In this document: positions 24,508-37,554 of the stretch, piece after piece
Layout: each line of letters opens with the position of its first letter
How positions within the stretch are numbered: the first letter of the stretch is position 1
Assembly (NCBI GenBank): GCA_028534125.1
Contig: CM052816.1
Span: 59,088,001-59,152,000, forward strand
From: Lama glama
Taxonomy: Eukaryota
Length of the DNA: 64,000 bases
Reading direction: 5' to 3'
The notes under the pieces: model-generated
The model's input: only the letters and a program-made list of their open reading frames with translations
Database searches by the model: none
What the model was told of the DNA's origin: nothing
Made by a program: the position numbers and the translations under genes

Positions 24508-26189
24508 TTAAAAAAGTATTATAAGTTAAGATCATATAGTGCAGAGGCAAATAGCCCTCAACCACCTTTAGATCGTTCTTATAATACAACATGATCCTTT
24601 ATTTAAGAATACAGAGGAGCAGATCATAGCTTGACAAGTATTTCTACTCAAAGTAGTTTAAATACAAACCTCCTAGAGTTTGATGCTGAGAACTGATACT
24701 TAGAACATTTTGTTACCTAGAAAACTTGACCCCTTTCCCATAAAACACTGACAAAAAGCTGAAGTTTTACTATGGATAGAATGGTGTTTCATACTGGCCA
24801 TATGCAGGAATGAAAGATTGCTGAACTTGAAATTTCATGTATAGTCATGTTTAGATGGGTTGCTGATAGGTGGATAAAAAAAATCTTCAAGTAACCAATG
24901 GGTTGATGGAAAGATATTCAAATAGACTGGCATTAGAGTGCCAAAATTTTCCATGCATTCCTTTTAGGATTTTTTTCCGCCCAAAATAAAATGAAGTTCT
25001 TAATGCATAGAAAAGATTTCCAAACAATATGACTTCACTTTTTATCAATATTGTTACTGTCCTTTGCGTTCCTAAATTCTTTTGGTTAATGCACATAATA
25101 AAAGCCCCCTGCCAGCCATCCAACTGTGGTGATGACCTTCCTGTCGAATGAGCATTTCCTATTCATTTGCTGCTTTGTGGTGATTTCGTAGGCTAGACAG
25201 CACACTGGCTTTGGTTCAGTTCTTCATAGCTTGGTGAGGGAGGAGGGAAGCAGCTCACCGTTTTCTCAGGTCAGTGGATTGCTGCCTTTTATGGTGCTAG
25301 GGCAGGCTGAGTTATTCAGTAACTACTGGGCATTTCCACTGCACTCCCCAGGCACGTAGGCAATTTTGGTGTTTCAGAAACTGATTTCCCCACAAATATA
25401 TTTGACACTGAATCAAACCTTGAGGAGCCAAATGTCATTTTTCTAAACTCTAGGGACGTGTAAACCTGGCTTCGTTTTCAGTTCACTGAATATCTCAGAA
25501 CTATTTTTCAGATGTCCTGGGTTTGGCCAAAACCAAATCTACTTTGCCAAACATTGTACTTAATTTAATAATAATAGTTTAAAAAATCTGTATTTTAATG
25601 AAAATTTAATCCATATGTTTGATTCACTTTTTGTACTCAATCCATCAAAATATTTTGTAAGAGTTATCTGACATCCAAGAGGCCTTCTATGCCATTAAAA
25701 AAAAAAAAGCCAGTATAAACTTCTCCCCCCAATGTTTTTACCCCTGCTAATAGGGAAGTTCTCTTTTCCTGTTCCCTATCTGACTCAAGCCTTATCTGTA
25801 CTCTTCCTCTGACTCCCATTCCACACCAGTTCTATTCCAGTATGATCACTGATTGAAGTAGCTCCTAGAGACATTACCCATTTTGCCTTCCTGTGCTGGC
25901 TGATGGAGGAAATAAGAAGAAAGACCCTCGCTTTTCCCTTGGGGAGGAGCTGAGTTCCTATAGTAACTTGCATCTTCTGTGGCCAGGAGTTGAGTGAAAA
26001 CCCAGATTCCCACATTTATGTGGAGGTATTCAGTACTGAAGGGAAGAGATGGTTAGAAGTTCTCCCCAAATATGATGTATAGAGGTAGCTCCAATAGAGT
26101 TTTTGGGAAAGAAAGAAGACCAGCCATTTGAAAGAAACTGGCTAACTTCTACTGGTTTAAAGTTCAAGATGGATCGAGCCAGAAAGACA

Positions 26190-26600
26190 TTTGGTTGGCT
26201 GATTGGAAAAGAGACTGTAGGTTCAGAATATTGATTTATTTATTTAGCAGGCGAGCTGTGCTTCACTGGGCAGCTGGCAGCCAGGGGTGGCTGAGGAGAG
26301 AGGGAAGCAGGCTCCGATGGAGGGTCAGAAAGGGAGGCTGGTAGCCTTGGCTGCTCTCTTCAATGAGGTAATCCTGCCTCAGCGCTGCGCTGCTCTCCCT
26401 GCGTCTGCTGCCAGTGCCCAGGGAGCTCCAGATGCAATTGATCTCATTATAGATCAGAACAGAATTGGCTTGGACAGCCTGTTCCTTCCCAGTGATTAGG
26501 ACAGAGCATATTTTTTTCTTCCCCCTCCTCCTCAGCCCTATCTTAGTCTCTTGGCTGAAGGTTCTTTTGTCTCTGGATTAATCTAGGGTTAATCTAAGTT
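26190..26600. promoter_or_regulatory. Candidate enhancer / conserved non-coding element
   Basis: Repeat-free and locally GC/CpG-raised. CTGATTGG 26199, TGATTTAT 26232, CAGCTG 26271, TAATCC 26369, CAGATG 26429, GGATTAATCT 26575. Confidence 0.35.
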
Positions 26601-27454
26601 TATTTACTCACTGCAAGCCTTGAGCTGACAAGGTAGACACAGTCTTCAAATAACTCTGAAAACCCACTCCCATCGTCAACGTGTATTCTGGTTTGTTTAA
26701 CCTCTGTCTGTATTGGACTCAAACTTAACCGAAGAAACTGGGCACATAGCTCAGTAGGATTAAAGGAAAGATTAGTTCTGCTCTTATCTGAGATGAAGTT
26801 CTCATTTTGATGTTGACTTGTAGGAGGCTTCTCAATACTTCATGTTTCTCATAGAGAGCGCTGAGTAGAAGAATCAGGGGACATGAAAGGAATTTCAGCA
26901 GACTGCTACTCTGTGCCTTTGCCTCCAGTAAGGACAGCACTCCACCTATTCCCTTAACAGAGAGCTCCTTCTCCTTCTACAAACTGTCTAGAGAGAGAGA
27001 CCCACAGACTCCTCGCTACTGTGCTCTGTATTTCTCCAATGCAAGGTAGTCCCTAATGAAGCTGATTAGGAAATTTGGGGAGTGGAGGTGGTGGGCAGTG
27101 AGATGCCTCTCTGTCCTAAGGAAACTAAGAAGTGAAAAGCGAGAGCCGAAGACAGACTTGGGGTCTGCAAGTTTGGAGAACTCTTTCCTTTACTTGAACC
27201 CAGAAATAAACTCTAGTTTGAGTTATTGACACAACGTGTTTTCGCCTCAGTTTCCTCATTTGGATAATGAAGATTCCTCCAGTTTCTGACAGCTCTAAGA
27301 TCCTTCTAGCTTGTGATTTAATGCACTTGGGAAATGAATTGCTCTATTCAGAAGAAAAATTTAATGCATGACCCCTGGTTGTTTCGTATCTGCTTCAGAA
27401 TCTTCCTTACTCACATGCCCATCAGTATACCCACCCAAACAGGATATAGTCCAG

Positions 27455-27512
27455 CCTTCCTTTCCTTTCCTTTCCTTCCTCCCTTTCTCCCTCTCCTTCC
27501 TCCTCCTCCTCC
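27455..27512. repeat. Polypyrimidine low-complexity tract
   Basis: ccttcctttcctttcc...cctcctcctcct. Confidence 0.85.
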
Positions 27513-29079
27513 TACAATTTTCCTGCTTAGAGTTACTAATAGGGTCTTCTAAACTTTCTGCCACCAAAGACACACATTAGATTTTGGGAAACCAGAGCCT
27601 GTGAATCTGTGTGTCTTCACATGAAGTAATTGCCATGGTGTGGGGGCACTAAGGACAAGCCTTTGTGCACAGACTTCTGTCCTTCTCATAATGGACCTTC
27701 ATTATTGACAAGGTTGGGCACTATATGTTCTTTCTCACTATATCCCTCATGCCTTACTTTTTGTTTCTCTATAGATACGGAACTTCTAATAGACTCTAGA
27801 TTCCGAGGGAAGAGATATAATACCCAGAAAAGACATGGTTTTTAAGTAAAGAAAACCCCTGACTTTTCAGGATTATTGATTTTAATGTTCTAGTGATATT
27901 CCCATTGCTTGGCAGCATTTACTCAGGGAAAGATGGAGCTCCCACTTGGGCTTGGCTAGTGCTGAGCAAGCCACTTACAGAGCAATTTTGAAGTTATGAA
28001 CGGAAAGTATAGACACGATGTAATTTGAAGCAGAGAAATAAGCCTTAGTAAGACAGTACTCTATAAGGCACAGGTTTTAAAGTTTGACATCTGGAAACCA
28101 CTTAAGGAATAAATTACTGATGTCAAACAAGTGAAGAAAATTCATCATGATATTTAAAAAAAAACATTTTTAAATTAAAAGGAATAAGAATGACCTTATC
28201 TCAACATGAGATTGATTGTGTTTTAGGCCAGATTCCACATCCAGGTGACTTCCCTTTTACTTTTTCTTTCTATTTAATTGCAAAATCTTAATGCATAATT
28301 GTAGATCCTTACGAATGGCAGCTAGTTCTCGGTATCAAGACTACTTTGAGTTTTTCATTGTGTGTTGAGTTGATGAGTCTATTACACTCAAAAGTAGGAC
28401 ATTTGAATGTTGAATGACTCAACTTGGAAGATAGGGGTGAATGGATTCCAAATTCACTCTTTGGTAGTCTTGGCCTCTGTATTTTTCCATGTTCTATGTT
28501 AGAATTTGGATGTGATTTTTGAAAAATGTGCTCAATGCGGTTTCTTCTTCCACTGGGTGAATAAAATCATGAAATGCTGAAAAGAGAGAAGCTCAGAGAA
28601 TGAGCTGTTTAGGTTAAAGTTTGGTCTTAAAAAAATTCTGATACTTTATGCACAGCACTAAAAACTGTGTGAAAGTTTGATCCTAAAGCAATGGGTTCAA
28701 CCTATTTAAGATACTGCATGTTGTCTTTAATCTATACTACTCAAGTGTCATGAAGAAGTGGTTTCATTTTATCTTTCATCTCAGAAATTGCTGTGAGCAC
28801 CCTTATCTTTCATGGGTAGAACACTTTAGGTGGAAACACAGAATCTTCAACTTTCTATCCATTTCATGCCTTAAGTCATGGCTTGATTGTATTAACCATT
28901 TTCACTACTTTCCTCAACACTGAACTGAGAGTCAGAGGTGTATTTCCAACCATTAGCTGCTCTCTGTAAATAAGCTATTTGTGTGGACTTACATTCAAGT
29001 GCAGCATCTTTTATTCATGGAGCAAACCCATCCCTTGCTCTGCCCAATCAGTTGGTATTTAAACACTGCTAGCCCATAT

Positions 29080-29640
29080 ACAACGTTGTCTGTACCATTT
29101 AACTCCTCAAACAATTGGCAATGAAAAAAAAAAACAAGCAAATAAATGTTTTCTCCAAAACATGTTTTTTCAGAGATAAAATCTACACATGTACCAAGTG
29201 TTCATCAGTGTACTACATATATGCCAAGCGTTGACGTGTTGGGTTCATCCATAGTTTTGTTTCACAAAATATCGTATCTATACGTGAAGGATTTGTATGT
29301 CCATATTTTGATACCGTGCACTGCCCAGCAGTATCATTCAATACAGGAATTTGAGAAGCCTTTGCCATCAGCTTTGTAGCTCGTTGTATAGGCTTTTGGA
29401 AGTATTGTGACTGAAAACGTCTTGTTGTTAGAAGTGCCCCTTTTCAATGATACTCTGCAGTTTTAAACTCTTTTCTGCCTTTGACAATAAAATTAATCAA
29501 TTTTGGTTTGAAAACGTAATTTTGCACTCGTCATAGGAAGACTCAGTTGGTCACTGTCCTTGGTTATTGGTCTATAGGAGACATGGTTCTGATATGTCTT
29601 CCATTCTTTTTCAACAAGGAAATAAAGGTTATCCTTAACC
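29080..29640 (-). mobile_element. Possible very old pogo/Tc2-type transposase remnant (tentative)
   Basis: Minus-strand pieces WKTYQNHVSYRPITK.SDQL, NFIVKGRKEFK and AGQCTVSKYGHTNPS..IFCETKLWMN loosely follow the HTH-end/DDE_1 order. CpG is in local excess. Confidence 0.3.
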
Positions 29641-30124
29641 AATGTGTCTTAAATTATAGACCTGGAACTTCTTGTTTGTAATGTAAGGTGTGTTTGGAAC
29701 TTAATGGATTGATTGGGCCCAGATAGTACAGCAATTTGATCTACATAATAAAGAATTTGGGAAATGATTCTACACACTATGTGATTCACTGATGTATTTA
29801 ACTGGGAAAGTCACTGCTATAGGAATATTTATTTCGCATTAGTGTATATGATATCTTTTAAGTGTAAAATATTAGAGACAGGGAAGCTAGATAGAAATAG
29901 TTATAATTAATCAAGAGCCTTAAAAGTATTCATAGCCTTTTATGGAGTAACTCTACTCCATGTAAGGAAAAGGTCCTAATACAAGAAATGGTTCACATGC
30001 AAAGATGCTCAGTATACCCCACATATATCTTGCTATTCCATTTTCTTGTTTTATTTAATTCTATTCTCTGTGGCTGGAGAGTTACACCCTCCATTTCCAC
30101 CTGAAGATGTTTAATGTGGAGTTA

Positions 30125-30340
30125 CGTGGATTCATTCTGGAGCTAGAAAACTTGGCTTTAAACTTTGACTCTGTCACTTAATATGTGAACTCTTTAACTC
30201 TCAGACTCTTGATCTCTAGAAATAGGGATAAAATAGCTTGAAACAGTTGTTTTGAGGCTTATATGAGAAATTTATAAATTATTTAGTGTAGAATCCAGTA
30301 CACAACATATATTCAATAAGTGTTGGCATTATTATTATCA
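30125..30340 (+). mobile_element. MIR SINE
   Basis: ctggagctagaaaacttggc...ctctgtcactta ... ttcaataagtgttggcattattatt. Confidence 0.7.
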
Positions 30341-30959
30341 TAATCCCAGACATCCTTGAGGACAAAACTTGAAAGCCGTCTTCTAGTGGAACTTCCCTGA
30401 ATCCCCAAAGTCAATATTCTCTTCTTTTTTCCAAAGTATGTTCTATAGTACCTTGTGAAAACAACCTGCATGATACATGAATATATATGTTCATTGGAAA
30501 AATAGTCAAATAATTCATAATATGTAAAGTGAATATTCCCCAGTTAACAGTTTGGTGTCTGTCTTCCAGGACTTTGATCTTTCTGGACATAAATATGGAA
30601 TTACTTTTCTCTTAAATAATCCAAATATTCTTCCACCTCATAGCAAATTTCACATTTTATTCTTTAGTTATTTTTGTGTACATTTTTGTACATAGCCAGA
30701 TTCTAAATTTCCTTCCAGTCAGAGAAGGTGCTTTTTCATTTTTGCATCAAGACCTTCTTGGCAAAGAAGGGGCACTCAGTAACAAGTGTTGAATTAATGG
30801 ATAACTGTCTTCTCTCCACCCCCGTCTCCTTTGCAAACAAAAAATTGAATTTAAACTCCCTTGAATCCCAGTTTTCCATAATATTTTCCCAGATCATTTA
30901 TCAGATCAATCTTCTACTGATACCCCAGAACATTTATCTATTTCTCAGATTTTGGTACT

Positions 30960-31110
30960 GCCTGGTATCATGATTCATTTGTTTTACGTGGATTTAAAAT
31001 CTTGTCTCTCCCATCAGATAGGGAGCTCCTTGATGGTGTGGGCCATATTTACAAGGACAGGGCCCCACACATAGCAGACACTCTATAAATGCTTCTGGAA
31101 TTAAAGTAGA
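30960..31110 (+). mobile_element. L2 3' end
   Basis: tgtctctcccatcagatagggagctccttga ... cacatagcagacactctataaatgcttctggaat. Confidence 0.65.
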
Positions 31111-31769
31111 ATTTAAGAGTTGAACCTTTTGCCACCAGTAGCAAGTTGAAAAGTAGGAGAAAGAAACCCTATCCATGTTCTTTGCCATATGGACAATTTA
31201 GATTCTCTGTTTTAAAAGTGTAATGACCTCAACACGAATAACACAGACACTTGAAACTTCTAAGAAAATCCCTTTTCCCTAGTCGTCAAAGACTCACAGA
31301 GACAAACAACACATGGTGGAGATAAAATTAGAGAGAATTACAAAGCGTTAAGTGCACAGGTGCTTGTTTGTATTATTTCAATTTACACAGGCCATTTTCG
31401 TGTTTGTCAACTCCCGTTAGTTGACACAACTCTGAAAACAGTGACTGAGGGTGAAGCCACGCATTTCCATGAAGCTTCCATTGCAAAAAGCCTATTTGTT
31501 TCTTTCAGGGTCTTCACTTTAGCAAAATAGTGCTTATTTTAACTGTGCTGTCATCACTTAGCACATCTTTGAGGCTCCTTTTTTTTTGAAAAAAATAAAA
31601 GTCCAGTTTATTAGACTAGAAAAATAGAATACATTTCTTGCTTTGCTGTCTCCTCTTGCTGCTGACATAAAACTATTACCCACTTGTATCACCCGTCTAA
31701 TTTAAGGCTTGTTTTCAAAAGCCTTTTAACACTCCGAAAACCTTACACGTCCTCCAGGAATGGTGACAA

Positions 31770-31945
31770 TGCTAATTATGCTGCTAATAATGCTAAGAAC
31801 ACTTGCTAGGTGCCAAGAACTGTGCTAAGTACTGTTGCAGATCTCATCTAACCCTCACAAAAACCCAGTGAGGGAGATACTATCACTCTCACCATCTTAC
31901 TGTGAGAAAATTTAGGCACAAAGAAATGAAATAATTTGCCCCAAG
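31770..31945 (-). mobile_element. MIR SINE
   Basis: tgccaagaactgtgctaagt...atctcatctaaccctcacaaaaaccc ... aggcacaaagaaatgaaataatttgccccaag. Confidence 0.75.
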
Positions 31946-31949
31946 TGAT

Positions 31950-32160
31950 TTATCACCTTTGAGGTTGTTTAAAAGGGAATGTTGCAGATTCTGGAAGGCA
32001 ATTCCAAAAGTATTTCTCCATCATCTTTGGACAATTGGCATCATTATGAGAATATGCTAGCTTTGTGGGTGTCTTCTGTAAAGGAAAACAGTCGTTGTTT
32101 GGATATATAAATGCTGAGACTCGTGTTAAGAATCAGGCTCATGAATTTATCATCTCACTC
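31950..32160 (+). mobile_element. MARNA-like mariner fossil (transposase C-terminus and 3' end)
   Basis: gaaggcaattccaaaa (KAIPK) ... tttggacaattggcatcatt ... tttggatatataa ... aatcaggctcatgaatttat matches recalled MARNA 3' text. Confidence 0.55.
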
Positions 32161-32885
32161 TTTGGGCTTCCTCTCTTTTGATGTTTCTCCACAGAGCCTA
32201 CTGCATTGTTTTAGAGTGAAGACACAGTTGATGTTTCTCAGCTGATTAATAATCAAGCCAAATCTTTAACGATTGAGTTTTGATGACAATTGTGGTAGCA
32301 TGGAAAGTCAGCTTTCTCTTGAATTACAATAAAAAAAAAAAACCCTCAGAGGAAACATCTCTTGGTCCAGTGAGTGAAGAGGAAGGTGCCCTGGGCTCCT
32401 GCCAGAGTGAGGATGGTGCACGTCAGGAGCAGGAAGGAAGAGAGATGGCCAGCCAGGTCTGCATTCTGTTTAATGATTATACTCCCTACTTGTTTCTTCC
32501 CAGAGCTTTCTTGCTCCGCTGTTGGGCCGGGCTTCCTCTGCCTAGTGCAGTGTCTCACACATGTATCCACTGGGTAAATATTTGATGACAGATGATTCAC
32601 CTGTTTCTGAGGCTAAGTAAATGCCCACACTTCAAGTTAATCTTAAGCAGACTTGAAAACCATCTCGGTAGCAACTGTGTTCCAGAATATTATGTATTTA
32701 ATACTGTGAGGCCTCCTTCCTTCGAGGCAATGCAAAACCCCAAACTATCAAACTGTAGCTTCCTAAAGGACCTATAAGCTTGTTGGTTGCTTTTTTGAAA
32801 TGAATGGAGACAAGCCAACCCCTACTGTTTCTCCCTTTACTCTTTAATAGAACACTTCATTTTTTTTCTTTTCCTTATTTTTCAG

Positions 32886-34934
32886 TTTTCTTTTTTAATT
32901 GAAGTATGGTCAGTTATAATGTGTCAATTTTTCATATACAGCATAATGTCGCAGTCATGCGTGTATATATGTGTGTGTGTGTGTATGTATATATATTCAT
33001 TTTCCTATTCTTTTTCATTAAAGGTTATTACAAGATATTGAATATAGTTACCTTTGCTATACAGAAGTTTGTTTTTTATCTATTTTATATATATAGTGGT
33101 TAACATTTGCAAATCTCAAACTCCCAAGTTTATCCTCTCCCACCCCCTTTCTCCAATAACCATAAGATTGTTTACTATGTCTGCAAGTCTGTTTCTTTTG
33201 TAGATGAGTTCATTAGTGTCCTCTTTTTTCTTTTCTTTCTTTCTTTTTTTTCTTTAGATTCCACATATGAGTGGTATCATATAGTATTTTTCTTTCTCTT
33301 TCTGGCTTCACTTAGAATGACGATCTTCAGGTGCATTCATGTTGCTACAAATGGCACTATTTCATTCTTTTTTGTAGCTGAGCAGTATTCCCTTGTATAA
33401 ATATACCACAACTTCCTTCTCCAGTCCTCTGTCAATGGACATTTAGGTTGTTTCCATGTCTTGGCTATGGTAAATAATGCTGCTATGAACGTTGAGGTGC
33501 ATATATCTTTTCAAATTAGAATTTCCTCCAGATATATACCCAGGAGTGGGATTGCTGGATCATATAGTAAGTCTATTTTTAGTTTTTTGAGGAATCTCCA
33601 TACTGTTCTCCATAATGGCATCACCAAAATACTTTCCCACCAACAGTGTAGGAGGGTTCCCTTTTCTCCATAGCCTCTTCAGCATTTATCATTTGTGGAC
33701 TTTTTAAGAATGGCTATTCTGACTGATGTGAGGTGACACCTCATTGTAGTTTTGATTTCATTTCTCTCATAATTAGCAATACTGAGCATTTTCTCATGTG
33801 CGTATTGGCCATTTGTATGTCTTCATTGGAGACTTACTTGTTTAGGTCTTCTGCCCATTTTCAGATTGAGTTGTTTGTTTTTTTGTTATTAAGTTGTATG
33901 AGCTGTTCATTATGTATTCTGGAAATTAAGCCTTTGTCAGTTGCATCATTTGCAAGTGTTCTCTCCCGTTCTGTAGTTTGTCATTTTGTTTTACTTATGG
34001 TTTCCTTTGCTGTGCAAAAGCTTCGAAGTTTAATTAGGTCCCATTTATTTATTTGTGCTTTTATTTCTATTGCCTGGGTAGACTGCCCTAGGAGAGCATT
34101 GCTAAGATTTACGTCAAAGACTGTTTTGCCTATGCTCACTTCTAGGAGGCTTATCGTGTCTTGTCTTATATTTAAGTCTTTAAACCATTTTGAGTTTATT
34201 TGTGTATATGGTGTGAGGGAGTATTCTAACTTCATTGATTTACATGCTGCTGTCCAGTTTTCCCAATACCACTTGCTGAAGAGACTGTCTTTTCTCCATT
34301 ATATATTGCCATCTTTGTCAAAGATTAATTGCTTATAAGTCTGTGGGTTTATTTTTGGGCTCTCCTGTTCCATTGATCCATATGTTTATTTTTGTGCCAA
34401 TACCACGCTGTTTTGATTCCTGTAGCTCTGTAGTATTGTCTGAAGTCTGGGAGATTTATTCCTCCAGCTTTATTCTTTTTCTTCAGTATTGCTTTGGCAA
34501 TTCTGGGTCTTTCGTCATTCCATATAAATTTTAGGATTACTTGTACTAGTTCTGTGAAAAATGTCCTGGGTAATTTGATAGGGATCACACTAAATTTGTA
34601 GACTGCCTTGGGCAGTATGGTTTTTAACAATACTGATTCTTCCAATCCAAGAGCATAGTATATCTTTCCCTTTCTTTAAGTCATCTTTAATTTCCTTAAT
34701 CAATGTTTTGTAGTTCTCTGTGTATAAGTCTTTCACCTCCTTGGTCAGATTTATTCCTAAGATTTATTTTTATTTTTTGGATGCAATTTTAAAAGGGATT
34801 ATTTCTGTACTCTCTTTTTCTGATATTTCACTGTTACTGTAAAGTAATACAACTGATACATGTTAATCTTATATCTTGCCACCTTGCTGAATTCTTATAT
34901 CAGCTCTAATAATTTTTGTGTGGAGCTTTTAAGG
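32886..34934 (-). mobile_element. Young 5'-truncated L1 (about 2 kb)
   Basis: T-rich tail, full 3' UTR and ORF2 peptides [18 protein letters not shown]...[16 protein letters not shown] and [59 protein letters not shown]. Confidence 0.95.
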
Positions 34935-35531
34935 GAAAACCTTCACATTTTAAATTTCATTGAGACCCTTCACTCAATTATTCCAAGCCAGGGAAAGAGA
35001 GATTCTAGGGATTTGAAAATTAAAAAATGGAAATCACTATCTATTTGCAGTATTTCAAACAGAAACAAAATCTTAGACTTATTAAGACTATACAAGGTAA
35101 CATTGCTTTTTACTTGAAAGCTAAATAAATTTTGATTGGATATTGTATGTTTTGATTAATATAAATGAACACATTAATCAACTATAACATAATTTTTTTT
35201 TTTTTTTGGTTAAGGCAATATTTTAAAACATACGATTCCTGGGGGTGATTAATTTGGTGTGTAGAGTATAAAACTGCCTGGCACATAATAGTGGCTCAGG
35301 AAAATTGTATCAAGTGAAGAAATTAAGCCAGTTTTACTTTTAAATACGTACTCTTGACCTTTTAAAATGCAACGGAAAAGTTTTTTCAAACATCTTAATT
35401 TGAACACAAATTATGCCACAGAACAAAGTGGACTGGTTTTCATTAAAGTTGGGGTGTGTGTGAGGTGACAGTGTTCCAGAACCCTGCTCTCTTCAACTTC
35501 TTTGACCTCTTGGAATCACCTCAGGTAACTA

Positions 35532-35879
35532 TAGTTTTCCTACCTATCCAAAATAGAGCATTCCTAATGAAAACTTTGGTAAGCTGAAGTGACATAAAGC
35601 AAAGAAGCAATTACCTTAGGGCACATCTTGCTGATGAATGCACAAAATAGATCAAGATAAAGCACGGATGCTCACAGATGGTTCAAAGCTGTGAAGACTT
35701 GATGCTGACATGCTGAGTGTAGTTTCACACTATTTTCCATTTTTGCCTTTTTTCATATAGACAAAACCACTCTTTGGATTTCTTTTGGTTACTGATGTAC
35801 TAATGCACAGATTCTGATGTTGGTCTTTCATAAAAATGAAGGGGTGTAAAGCGAACTTTTGAAAAGTGGGTGATACCTG
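35532..35879. mobile_element. Non-autonomous TcMar-Tigger element (MER82-like; name tentative)
   Basis: TA-flanked (35530-31, 35880-81). Ends taaagcgaacttttgaaaagtgggtgatacctg, with an imperfect inverted repeat at the left end. Confidence 0.7.
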
Positions 35880-36057
35880 TATGTGGAATCTTAAGGCTTC
35901 ATGAAATGCAGTTTTAAAACCATTGCTTTAAACCATCCTGTCTCAAATCTATTCTCTTCACCTGACTCCTACATTTATTTCAGTGTCACCTCAGCTATTT
36001 GGTTTGAAAAAAATAATTTTTTATGTAGGTAGACAATGATAACAATGGAAAAGTTAC

Positions 36058-36461
36058 TGTATTAGTGTGCTAGGGATCCAATAACAAAGTGTCACAAACT
36101 AGAAGTCCAAGATCAAAATGTTGACAGGGTAGTTCACTCTGAGAAATAGGAGAAAGCATCATTTCTATGTCTTTCTCCCAGCTATTGGTAGTTTGCTGGC
36201 AATCTCTGTTTCCTTTGCTTGTAGAAGCACCACCCCACCTCTGCCTTCATCTTCACATGATGTCCTCCCTGTGTGTCTGTCTCCAAATTTCCCCTTTTAT
36301 AAGGACAACAGTCATAGTGGATTAGGGCACACCCCGATGACTCCATTTTAACTTGATTACCTCTATAAAGATCCCACCTCCAAAAAAGATCACATCCTGA
36401 GTTATTGGAGGTTAGGACTTTAAGATACGCATTTTTGAAGGACACAATTCAACCCATAACA
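36058..36461 (-). mobile_element. MLT1B/C-like MaLR solo LTR
   Basis: tgtattagt ... ggattagggcacacc ... ggacacaattcaacccataaca with TG...CA termini. 5-bp TSD gttac/gatac. Confidence 0.88.
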
Positions 36462-36609
36462 GATACGTTTGATAAAGAGGAGGAATAATAGGATACAAAT
36501 GGGATTTGCGGTTTTCTTCACTGGTCAATGATTAGGACTCAGAAAGCATAATAAATGAGCATCAAAATGAACTAAGCAGTAGGAACTGGATTATCAGAGG
36601 CGTTTATAA

Positions 36610-36850
36610 AACAATGGTTAACAATGCAGATTGGGGCCTTTCTGCCTGGGTTCTGTTCCTGACTCATCACTCGCTGAGTGACCTTGGGTAAACCATCTAC
36701 CCTCTTTGTACCTGAGTTTTTCCACATGTGAAATGAGGTTGATAATAGTGCATGCCTTGTAGAGCTGTAGTGACTCTTCAGTGAATTAATACATGTTGAG
36801 CACTTAGGGCCAGGCCCAAGGTAAGCACTTTGTTAAGCTTAGTTAAATTA
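36610..36850 (+). mobile_element. MIR SINE
   Basis: ctgcctgggttc...gtgaccttgggtaa...cctgagttttttccacatgtgaaatgagg. Confidence 0.8.
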
Positions 36851-37554
36851 TTTATTCTAGTTCATACTAAAAATGATTCTATAGCAATAGAACTATACCA
36901 CAGACATGCTACTGAGAGTGTACTCTTACTTAGGGAAGGCTAAGTATGGTCTAATTTAGTTAGCCTTTGCACAGTTTAGTTCATAATTTACCACATAGGT
37001 GACAGGCCACAGATATATTCTTAATACTTTGGATAATCTGAAGAGCAGACATTAGCCTTCTTTCCTCTGAAGAAGGGGTGTCATAAGAAGCTGGCCATGG
37101 TGGTGAGAGACCCTCCAGTTCCTTTCCTATCTTAGGCTCGTTGCCTTTCCACCACCTCACTGAGACCAGGTGGGATCCAAGTTTGCCAGAAGCCACGTTG
37201 GCTTGAAGTTTTCCTCACATGGATCCAAAGCCCAGAAGTAAGAGAATGGTTTGTATGGCAGTGGAAAGGGAGGACTTCAGGATAAACAGGGTGGGTTGTG
37301 CTTTAAAACAACCCAAGAGTGACACAATGACCTGTGAACTGAAATGCCATGTCTTCACTAAGAAAAGAATTAATCATTAGGATATTCAAGGTGGGAAACT
37401 GTCATGACCAAAGATTTTTCTAAGGGAGGAGTAGGAGATTAACACTATAATTTTACCATTCAAATGACAACTCTTGTTAATTGGATATCGTACTATACTT
37501 GATATTTTGAAGTTTTCTTCTAATTATGGAATAAACATTTTCCTATTTAGTTTC

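Noticed and set aside
25192..25233. Possible 42-nt exon (tttcgtag...gtgagg)
   Set aside because: Weak polypyrimidine tract, no recognisable peptide and no supporting partner exons.
26893..26942. REST/NRSE-like half sites (ttcagca ... ggacagcac)
   Set aside because: The left half is incomplete and the spacing is far from canonical.
33733..34338. 201-aa hydrophobic plus-strand ORF
   Set aside because: Antisense frame of L1 ORF2, not a membrane-protein gene.
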